Origin: an uncultured Clostridia bacterium | GTDB taxonomy: Bacteria > Bacillota > Clostridia > Christensenellales > UBA3700 | Direction of reading: 5' to 3' | Assembly (NCBI GenBank): GCA_945992255.1 | Contig: CAMFVQ010000010.1 | Location: forward strand, 1,431-65,430 | Length of the DNA stretch: 64,000 bases | Shown: one piece after another, positions 56,881 to 64,000 of the stretch | How the letters are laid out: every line of letters starts with the position of its first letter | How positions within the stretch are numbered: position 1 is the stretch's first letter | Notes under the pieces: generated by a model | Database searches by the model: none | What the model was told of the DNA's origin: nothing | What the model saw: only the letters and a program-made list of their open reading frames with translations | Position numbers and translations under genes: made by a program

Positions 56881-58140
56881 ATGTTTCTTGATATCGCAAC
56901 TATATTCATCAAGGCAGGCAACGGCGGTGACGGTGTCGTATCTTTCCACACCGAAAAATATGTTGCGAAAGGTGGACCAGATGGAGGCGACGGCGGCAAT
57001 GGTGGTAGCATCATTTTCACCGTAGACAACAACGCTTGCACATTGATGGACTTCAAGTTTGCCAAGCATTTTAGAGCCGAAAATGGCGAAAATGGTGGGG
57101 CAAAAACTTGCAAAGGCAAGAGCGGAAAAGACTTGTATATCAAAGTGCCAAGAGGTACTATCATCAAGGATAAAAAAAGTGGCAACGTCATTGCTGATAT
57201 GTTCTATGAAGACTCTACTTTCGTGGCTCAAAACGGCGGACTAGGCGGCAAGGGTAATGCTCGTTTTGCCACACCTCAACGCAAAGCTCCAAGATTTTGT
57301 CAAAAGGGCGAAAGAACTGATGAAATCGAGCTTACACTCGAACTCAAAACTATCGCAGATGTAGGTTTGGTAGGATTCCCTAATGTAGGCAAATCTACAC
57401 TTTTGTCAGTTGTCAGCAGTGCAAAACCAAAGATTGCCAACTATCACTTCACCACACTCAGTCCAAACTTGGGTGTTGTACGCAGATATGATGAAACTGT
57501 CGTTATGGCAGATATTCCAGGGCTTATCGAGGGTGCAAGCCAAGGTGCAGGACTTGGATTTAGATTTTTGCGACATGTAGAGAGAGTAAGACTTATTGTG
57601 CATGTTGTGGACATCTCAGGTCACGAAGGCAGAGATCCATATGTTGACTATACAACAATCAACACCGAACTCCAAAATTATAGCGAAAAATTGGCAAAAC
57701 TTGAACAAATCGTTGTTGCCAACAAATGCGATTTGGTGGAAGATGAGAGTTTGATTGAAGAATTTGAGAAGAAAATCGGTCAAAAAGTTATCCGCATGAG
57801 TGCAATATCTCACCAAGGAACAGAAGAGCTTCTCACCCAAGTGTTTGACAAGATTCGTGACTTGCCAAAGTCCGAGCCAATGCCAGTCGAGTATGTTATT
57901 TCTACCGACAAAGACACTTCATCTTATATTATCACCATTGACGAAGATGGCATTTATGAAGTTATGGGCGGACTTGTCGATATGCTTTGCAGGAACGTTG
58001 TGCTTGATGACTATGAGTCGTTTAGATATTTCCAAAAAATGCTCAAAGACAAGGGTGTTATCAAAGCACTCCAACGCAATGGTTGTGTAGAGGGCGATAT
58101 CGTTCGCATAGGCGACATAGAATTTGATTTTGTAGAATAA
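56881..58140 (+). CDS. obg: GTPase Obg/CgtA
   Basis: Gly-rich Obg fold (KAGNGGDGVVSF), G domain GFPNVGKSTLL, C-terminal OCT domain. Confidence 0.93.
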   Translation: MFLDIATIFIKAGNGGDGVVSFHTEKYVAKGGPDGGDGGNGGSIIFTVDNNACTLMDFKFAKHFRAENGENGGAKTCKGKSGKDLYIKVPRGTIIKDKKSGNVIADMFYEDSTFVAQNGGLGGKGNARFATPQRKAPRFCQKGERTDEIELTLELKTIADVGLVGFPNVGKSTLLSVVSSAKPKIANYHFTTLSPNLGVVRRYDETVVMADIPGLIEGASQGAGLGFRFLRHVERVRLIVHVVDISGHEGRDPYVDYTTINTELQNYSEKLAKLEQIVVANKCDLVEDESLIEEFEKKIGQKVIRMSAISHQGTEELLTQVFDKIRDLPKSEPMPVEYVISTDKDTSSYIITIDEDGIYEVMGGLVDMLCRNVVLDDYESFRYFQKMLKDKGVIKALQRNGCVEGDIVRIGDIEFDFVE

Positions 58141-58150
58141 GGAGAGAGAT

Positions 58151-58438
58151 ATGAACAGCAGTACAAGAGCAAAACTTAGAAGTTTAGCAATGACCATTGA
58201 CCCAACTATCAACATTGGCAAGAACGGACTTACCGACACATTGATTGCCGAGATAAATGACCAACTTTTCAACAAAGAGCTTATCAAAATTTCCGTACTC
58301 AAGAACGCAGATTTTGGAGCAAAAGACATTATTGGTGAGCTTGCCGAGCAAGTAGGTGCAGAGCCTATCCAAGCTATTGGCAACAAGATAACTTTGTATC
58401 GTATTTCCAACAAAGACGGTATCAAACACGTTCTCTAA
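58151..58438 (+). CDS. yhbY: YhbY-family (CRM domain) RNA-binding protein
   Basis: 95 aa; LRSLAMTIDPTINIGKNGLT pattern; conserved position near nadD. Confidence 0.85.
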   Translation: MNSSTRAKLRSLAMTIDPTINIGKNGLTDTLIAEINDQLFNKELIKISVLKNADFGAKDIIGELAEQVGAEPIQAIGNKITLYRISNKDGIKHVL

Positions 58439-59214
58439 TAGGTATTTTGGTTGTTATCAGGGTGCGACTTGTCTGGCAGGTTGCACCTATTTTTTATGAT
58501 ACAAATCACAGCCAAAACCAAACTTATACTTGACAAAGTTAGATAATAAACCCACAGCGGAGTTAGGAAAGACAACAGCAACAAAACAAAGGACACGAAC
58601 ATATACCGCTTAGTATTTTTGTTGTCGAATATGGTAGACAAAACGAGCAAAAAAGTTTGTTTATAATAGCCTTTATATTTTTGTTTTTTTGGCAATATAT
58701 TGGACTTTTCGGCGGACTTGTATATGTTTTTTAGGTCATAAAAAGTCAAGTTGATTTGGCATAGTTTTTTGGACAATGAGAGTGCATTCTTGTCTTTTGA
58801 TGAAGCTATGACATAGGCTTGAGAAAAGTTATATTTTTTGCAAGTATTGCACATAGCTACAATGCTGTCAGCTGAGATATTGCCGAACTTCAACCAAAGA
58901 AAAATTGGCACGCCATTCCACAGGTACATATTGTCTTTTTTGATAATAGACAGGGTGGAGTCCAACTCTTTGACAATATCGAGTAGTTTTTCATCACCAT
59001 TCACTATGAGATATGTAACAAAGTCTGCATATCGCATACTATGTTTTCTTGCATTTTGGCGAGAAAAAAGATAGAGTGCAACGACCAGCCCAATCAAGCA
59101 AGAAAGCCCAATGCTAGAGCCAAAGCTTATTCTTGCAAAAGTGCAACAAATCAAACAGGCGAGCATACAAGATATGACTATCCAGATTTTATCAATGATT
59201 GTATTCATATCCAT
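58435..59214 (-). CDS. hypothetical membrane protein
   Basis: Two N-terminal and about three C-terminal TM helices around a soluble segment of about 130 aa. The start is uncertain (ATG 59214 or 59283). No family recognised. Confidence 0.45.
   Translation of the reverse strand: MDMNTIIDKIWIVISCMLACLICCTFARISFGSSIGLSCLIGLVVALYLFSRQNARKHSMRYADFVTYLIVNGDEKLLDIVKELDSTLSIIKKDNMYLWNGVPIFLWLKFGNISADSIVAMCNTCKKYNFSQAYVIASSKDKNALSLSKKLCQINLTFYDLKNIYKSAEKSNILPKKQKYKGYYKQTFLLVLSTIFDNKNTKRYMFVSFVLLLLSFLTPLWVYYLTLSSISLVLAVICIIKNRCNLPDKSHPDNNQNTY
58461..58495 (+). terminator. rho-independent terminator of the obg-yhbY transcript
   Basis: GGTGCGAC/GTTGCACC stem (one G-U), 11-nt loop, then TATTTTTT; lies within the 3' end of the convergent minus-strand ORF. 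Confidence 0.6.
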
Positions 59215-59302
59215 ATTGTTACCGCTTGTCGGCGGATTATGCACAACAAGGTAAAAATCGCTTATTTTGCGAGAATTTTGCACGAAATATAGACATTGAG
59301 TA

Positions 59303-59331
59303 TTGATAATATAATATTTTTGATATATAAT
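59303..59331 (+). promoter_or_regulatory. sigma-A-type promoter, -10 box ends 6 nt before the ATG
   Basis: TTGATA-17-TATAAT, then ATAACT, then ATG 59338; no SD. Confidence 0.5.
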
Positions 59332-59337
59332 ATAACT

Positions 59338-60474
59338 ATGAAAATTGCTTTATTTGGCGGAACATTCAATCCACCGCACAACGAACATATTTTGATGGGC
59401 AAACAACTACTTGCCAGTGGTTATGACCAAGTGATATTTGCGCCCAACGGCATACCACCGCACAAGGCTTGCGGAATGAGCTTCGAGCATAGATTGGATA
59501 TGATATCACTTGCTATTCAAGACCAGCCAAATATGCAAGTTTGCGATATTGAAAGGAATTTTGTAGGCAACAATTATAGTTATTTGATGATACCGCACTA
59601 CCAAGAGCTTTTTGGACAATTCGACTTCGTGATAGGCGGTGACAGCTTGATAGACTTGCACTTGTGGAAAAATCCTGAGATTGTGATAGGGCTTGTGCCA
59701 CTTGTAGTGTTCAATCGTGGCAATCGCCAAGCCGAATTTGACCAAGCCAAGCAGTATTGGGAAGATAGAGGAGCTAGGATAAAAGTCATAGACTATTTGC
59801 CAGCCGACATATCATCGACACAGATTCGTTTCGAGGCAAGACTAGGACTTGTCCGCAATGTTGCCAAGCTTGTCCAAGAATATATAGAAAGTCATAGTTT
59901 GTATGCCGACCCAAACTTGTTGCAAGGAGCAAGTCTGAGTGCAGAGCTTGCGGACAAGCTGATGACTTATATCCAAGGGCATAGGTATTTGCACACACTC
60001 AGCACGACATATTATGCTTTGCATCTAAATCAAGTGTGTCATCTAGGATTGGACACTCACAAGATTTTGCTTGCAGGTATGCTACACGATTGTGCCAAGG
60101 GCGGAGCGAATATCCAAGACCCGACTATTCCTACCGACAGCATCAACACGCCGGTATGGCACCAATTTTCAGGCTATGTACGAGCCAAGAGGGAGTTTTG
60201 TATCTCAGATGAAGAAGTGCTTGATGCCATTCGCTACCACACAACAGCCAAGCCTAATATGAGTACACTATCTCGACTTATTTGCATGGCGGATATGATT
60301 GAAGAAACTCGTGATTATCCTCAAGTTGTGGAGCTTAGGAAAATTGCTGAGAGCGATTTTGACCAAGGGTTCGTATCGTGCATACAATACCAATACCAAT
60401 ATTTGAAGAACAAAAGTACACCAATCTATCCATTGACCCAACAAGCGGTAGATTATTATACAAAAAGGAGCTAG
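59338..60474 (+). CDS. nadD: fused nicotinate-nucleotide adenylyltransferase (NadD) and HD-domain protein (YqeK)
   Basis: N-terminal GGTFNPPHNEH; C-terminal HD domain (LLAGMLHDCAK ... RYHTT) in one ORF. Confidence 0.88.
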   Translation: MKIALFGGTFNPPHNEHILMGKQLLASGYDQVIFAPNGIPPHKACGMSFEHRLDMISLAIQDQPNMQVCDIERNFVGNNYSYLMIPHYQELFGQFDFVIGGDSLIDLHLWKNPEIVIGLVPLVVFNRGNRQAEFDQAKQYWEDRGARIKVIDYLPADISSTQIRFEARLGLVRNVAKLVQEYIESHSLYADPNLLQGASLSAELADKLMTYIQGHRYLHTLSTTYYALHLNQVCHLGLDTHKILLAGMLHDCAKGGANIQDPTIPTDSINTPVWHQFSGYVRAKREFCISDEEVLDAIRYHTTAKPNMSTLSRLICMADMIEETRDYPQVVELRKIAESDFDQGFVSCIQYQYQYLKNKSTPIYPLTQQAVDYYTKRS

Positions 60475-60475
60475 A

Positions 60476-60823
60476 ATGGAAATCAATTTAACACAAGAAA
60501 TTTGCAAAGTTTTGGATATGAGAAAGGGACAAAACATTGCTATCGTCAACATAGGTCACCGCACAATTATTGCGGACCAATTTATTATTTGCAGTGGCAG
60601 ATCAACCACCCAAGTCAAAGCGCTTGCCAACTATGTAGAAGATGAACTCGCCAAGCTTGGTGTAGAGCCACTTCGTACTGAAGGTAAGAGTGAAGGAAGA
60701 TGGGCAGTCATCGACTATGGCGATGTTATCGTGCATGTTTTCCACGAAGAAACTCGCAAGCTTTACACTTTGGAAGAGTTGTGGAGCGACGGAACAAACG
60801 TAGAATATTACAACGCAGACTAG
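60476..60823 (+). CDS. rsfS: ribosome silencing factor RsfS
   Basis: 115 aa; DQFIICSGRSTTQVKALA and WAVIDYGDVIVHVF motifs. Confidence 0.9.
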   Translation: MEINLTQEICKVLDMRKGQNIAIVNIGHRTIIADQFIICSGRSTTQVKALANYVEDELAKLGVEPLRTEGKSEGRWAVIDYGDVIVHVFHEETRKLYTLEELWSDGTNVEYYNAD

Positions 60824-60856
60824 TATAATTTTAGCATATTTGCACACAACCTAGTT

Positions 60857-61309
60857 ATGAAAACTTTGGTTATGTGTATGTATGTAGCAGCTATGCTTTC
60901 AAGCGGAACAGAGAGCGACATCGAACAAATGGTATGCCAAAATCCGCTTGTCGAAAATGCTTATTGTTTGGTAGCTGATGAGCAAGTGCTTGTCGCTATC
61001 ACGACCCAGCCGATATTTTCTCGGACTGAGCGATACAGACTGGTGCAAAGTATAGAGCAAGCTGTCTTGCAAGAGTACAATTTGATTGCCGAGGTATGTA
61101 TGGATTATGACATAATTTACCAAGCAATCAAGCTAAAAAAGCAACAACAAGTACCCCCAAATGTTGTCAAAGAACTGATAGAAAGCAGTAAAAGGCGGAG
61201 AAATTATGAAGATATGCGACCTTATTCAAGACAAGAAAATGGGCAAAGCCTTATCCAAAACTCAGATAGAATTTTGGATAAATGGCATTATGAATGGCAG
61301 TATAGCTGA
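60857..61309 (+). CDS. hypothetical protein (possible YhcN/YlaJ-like sporulation protein); 3' end uncertain
   Basis: Hydrophobic N-terminus; VENAYCLVADEQVLVAITT segment resembles the YlaJ family. The ORF runs 104 nt into pdp, so its true stop is questionable. Confidence 0.35.
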   Translation: MKTLVMCMYVAAMLSSGTESDIEQMVCQNPLVENAYCLVADEQVLVAITTQPIFSRTERYRLVQSIEQAVLQEYNLIAEVCMDYDIIYQAIKLKKQQQVPPNVVKELIESSKRRRNYEDMRPYSRQENGQSLIQNSDRILDKWHYEWQYS

Positions 61310-62495
61310 CTATCAAACATCGGCATTGTTGATGGCAATCGTGCTAAAAGGAATGACCGATGAAGAAGCCACCTATCTCACCCTTGCTATGGCTCACAGC
61401 GGTGATATGCTTGACCTGTCCCCATACGGCGACAAGAGCGTAGACAAGCACAGCTCAGGCGGTGTGGGCGACAGCACAACTTTTGTTGTACTTCCGATTG
61501 TTGTCGCATGCGGAATGATTGGTGCAAAGATGAGTGGCAGAGGGCTAGGACACACTGGCGGAACACTCGACAAATTGGAGGCTATCCACGGAGTAAGTGT
61601 AGACATCTCGCCAGAGCAGTTTTACCGACAAATCAACGACATTGGTATAGTCGTGGCAGGTCAATCCAAGGACGTATGCCCAGCAGACAAAAAACTTTAT
61701 GCACTCAGAGATGTAACAGCAACGGTGGATAGCATACCGCTCATTGCATCATCTATTATGTCCAAGAAGCTATCCGCTGGCGCTCACAATATCGTGCTTG
61801 ATGTCAAGTGCGGCAGGGGAGCATTTATGCCAACATTCGACCATGCTAAGGCACTTGCTACACTTATGGTAAACATTGGCAAAAAAGCAGGCAAAAACAT
61901 CAGAGCTGTCATCACCAATATGGATTGTCCACTCAGTGACTATGTGGGCAACAGCCTAGAAGTTTTTGGTGCGATTGAAGTGTTGCAAAACAAATATAAG
62001 GGCAACTTATATCAAGTATCTGTCGACCTTGCGACCAACTTATTGCAGACAGCAGGCGTGGAAAATGCTCGCCAAAAAGTGCTAGATAGCTTAGAGAACG
62101 GCTCAGCATACGACAAGTTTGTCCAAATGGTCAAGTACCAAGGCGGAGAAGATGAGTATCTAGCCGATCCAACCAAATTGCTTGCTTGCAAATTTACTTA
62201 CGACATTGTTGCCCCTACCAGTGGATATGTGCAGGACATCGATGCAATGCAAGTTGCTCGTGTGGTATGTGATATGGGTGGTGGCAGAAAAATGGTAGGT
62301 GACAGCATTGACTACCAAGTAGGAGTAAAACTTGCCAAAAATGTAGGCGACAAGGTGAGCAAAGGCGAAGTTTTGGCTACAATGTATTGCACCAAGGACT
62401 TGCACGTAGCACTTGCAGGAGAGTTGCAACAATCATTCAAAATAACCAAAGAAAAGGTGGACAAACCACACCTAATACTCGATATAGTGAGGTAA
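61206..62495 (+). CDS. pdp: pyrimidine-nucleoside phosphorylase
   Basis: [10 protein letters not shown] and [16 protein letters not shown] motifs; the N-terminus aligns with B. subtilis Pdp. Confidence 0.92.
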   Translation: MKICDLIQDKKMGKALSKTQIEFWINGIMNGSIADYQTSALLMAIVLKGMTDEEATYLTLAMAHSGDMLDLSPYGDKSVDKHSSGGVGDSTTFVVLPIVVACGMIGAKMSGRGLGHTGGTLDKLEAIHGVSVDISPEQFYRQINDIGIVVAGQSKDVCPADKKLYALRDVTATVDSIPLIASSIMSKKLSAGAHNIVLDVKCGRGAFMPTFDHAKALATLMVNIGKKAGKNIRAVITNMDCPLSDYVGNSLEVFGAIEVLQNKYKGNLYQVSVDLATNLLQTAGVENARQKVLDSLENGSAYDKFVQMVKYQGGEDEYLADPTKLLACKFTYDIVAPTSGYVQDIDAMQVARVVCDMGGGRKMVGDSIDYQVGVKLAKNVGDKVSKGEVLATMYCTKDLHVALAGELQQSFKITKEKVDKPHLILDIVR

Positions 62496-62497
62496 TT

Positions 62498-63136
62498 ATG
62501 AAAATCAACAAATACATAGACCATACAATTTTGAAACCACAAGCCACCAAGGCAGATATAGGAAAGCTTTGCAGCGAGGCAAAACAATATGATTTTGCTT
62601 CCGTTTGTGTCAATGCGTGTTGGGTAGAGTATGCCAAAGAGTTACTCACAGGCACGGACATAAATGTAGCTTGTGTTGTAGGTTTTCCGTTGGGAGCAAC
62701 CACCACCGCAACCAAAGTTTTTGAGAGCGTGGAAGCTGTCAAGAATGGAGCGGCGGAGATTGATATGGTACTCAATGTAGGCAAAATGAAAGACGGCGAT
62801 TATGATTTTGTATCCAATGACATTCGCCAAGTCGTTGAGCAAAGCGGAGCAGTGGTCAAAGTCATTCTCGAAACATGCTTGCTTACCAAGGAGGAAATTG
62901 CCAAGGCAACTCGCCTAGCTGTCCAAGCAGGAGCGGATTTTGTCAAGACTTCTACAGGCTTTAGCACAGGCGGTGCAAGGGTCGAAGATGTGGAGATTAT
63001 GAAAGCCAATTGTGGCAATGCTCGCATCAAAGCAAGTGGAGGTATTCGTGATTTTGACACCGCAATGGCGATGATAAATGCAGGAGCAACAAGGCTGGGA
63101 ACAAGCAGTTCGATTGCTATCGTAGAACACAAATAA
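62498..63136 (+). CDS. deoC: deoxyribose-phosphate aldolase
   Basis: [16 protein letters not shown] (Schiff-base Lys) and KASGGIR motifs. Confidence 0.92.
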   Translation: MKINKYIDHTILKPQATKADIGKLCSEAKQYDFASVCVNACWVEYAKELLTGTDINVACVVGFPLGATTTATKVFESVEAVKNGAAEIDMVLNVGKMKDGDYDFVSNDIRQVVEQSGAVVKVILETCLLTKEEIAKATRLAVQAGADFVKTSTGFSTGGARVEDVEIMKANCGNARIKASGGIRDFDTAMAMINAGATRLGTSSSIAIVEHK

Positions 63137-63282
63137 GCCTTTTGAAGTCTATCAAAACAAAAAAACTTTTCAAGCTTTATGCCTAACAGAAGTTGCCAAT
63201 AATTATGCAATTTGCAGCTTTTGTGTGACAAGATAACCATAATAGGTTGAAAGAGTTTAGATAGTAAAAAGTTGTAGAAAAC

Positions 63283-63313
63283 AAAAATGCCCGCCATGAT
63301 TGGTGGGCATTTT
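63283..63313. terminator. bidirectional hairpin terminator
   Basis: 10-bp stem ATGCCCGCCA/TGGTGGGCAT (one G-U), flanked by A5 upstream and T3-4 downstream. Confidence 0.65.
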
Positions 63314-63341
63314 GGATATATTCTTTATGAGTTAAATTTTT

Positions 63342-64000
63342 TTATTTGTTGGAGTTGTCAGCACTGTTTGGGGCTGATTTTTCTGAATTGTCAGAGTTGT
63401 TTAGAGTACAATTATATTCGCCATTTTTGCTAGCAGTGCATTGGATTTTGCTTTTACGGTTGTAACCTTTGATAATAGGCGACAGGCGCTTATAAAGCAA
63501 GAATGTGATAATCGATGAAATCAAACCTTTGCACAGAGTGAGTGGCAAGTTGAATATTGCCAAAGCTTTCCACAAGCTGTCGCCCACGCTAGGCAAAATA
63601 GCATTATACATACCAAGGATTGCTTGCTTTGGAATGATGTTGTAATACACTGGATAGGTGATGAAGTAGTTGGTCAACATACTCAGTCCTGCCATGCACA
63701 CAGTGCCAACCAAAGAGCCGATGATAGCGCCTTTTAGAGTGGTATCCTTGCGATAGATAAGACCTGCCGACACTACAAGGATAGAGCCAAGCATAATGTT
63801 GCACAGCTCCCCAACGCCAGATGACACAGTGGTAGATAGAGCGACTGTTTCGGTAAAAGCGACCACCAAAAAACCAGATAGCGGACCTAGTGCATAAGCC
63901 GAAATCAATGCAGGTGTGAGTGAAAAGTCGAATTTTAGGAATGCAGGCAAGAATGGTAAGCCAAAGTCCAAAAAACGTAATACGGTTGCTACAGCTGCCA
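63342..64000 (-). CDS. ECF transporter S component (RibU-like), N-terminus outside window
   Basis: The ORF stays open to the window edge. LDFGLPFLPAFLKFDFSLTPALISAYALGP is typical of RibU-type S components. It has an extra polar C-terminal tail of about 45 aa. Confidence 0.7.
   Translation of the reverse strand, partial: AAVATVLRFLDFGLPFLPAFLKFDFSLTPALISAYALGPLSGFLVVAFTETVALSTTVSSGVGELCNIMLGSILVVSAGLIYRKDTTLKGAIIGSLVGTVCMAGLSMLTNYFITYPVYYNIIPKQAILGMYNAILPSVGDSLWKALAIFNLPLTLCKGLISSIITFLLYKRLSPIIKGYNRKSKIQCTASKNGEYNCTLNNSDNSEKSAPNSADNSNK

Noticed and set aside
1-64000. A scan for CRISPR arrays, rRNA or tRNA genes, IS elements or transposases, integrases, prophage genes, toxin-antitoxin pairs and known defence systems
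   Set aside because: I recognised none in the ORF translations or in the intergenic sequence. Intergenic regions are largely accounted for by promoters, terminators, one T-box and the 17-nt repeat. A covariance-model scan would be needed to exclude small ncRNAs, particularly in 24550-24920.

Overview
This is a 64 kb chromosomal segment from a low-GC, spore-forming anaerobic Firmicute (Clostridia-like, judged from spoIVA, an [FeFe]-hydrogenase, NfnAB, rubrerythrin/rubredoxin and GTP-type PEPCK). It is mostly plus-strand housekeeping operons: a thiol/oxidative-stress cluster, uvrC, hprK, serCA, rnj-trmR-trhP, der, spoIVA, T-box-controlled leuA, a seven-gene aro/pheA/tyrA operon, a P-type ATPase, nth, nfnAB, obg-yhbY, nadD/yqeK-rsfS and pdp-deoC. 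I recognised no rRNA, tRNA, CRISPR array, transposase, integrase or known defence system, and I cannot point to a clearly novel multi-gene system. The most unusual observations are listed here.
- Six operon-leading genes have a sigma-A-type -10 box ending 6-7 nt before the ATG and no Shine-Dalgarno, so they are candidate leaderless mRNAs.
- A perfectly conserved 17-nt near-palindromic element occurs in three intergenic regions.
- Four homopolymer-linked frameshifts occur in the first 12 kb, including a compensating pair in ccdA and an A9 tract in a secreted-protein gene.
- That secreted-protein gene heads an AT-rich ABC-2 transporter module of unknown function.
- A histidine-free, Crh-like HPr paralog is paired with a DUF4364 gene.
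- A 63-aa Cys/His-rich peptide lies next to spoIVA.
- There are several gene fusions and low-complexity protein extensions.

All calls come from reading the sequence and the ORF translations. No database search was run.
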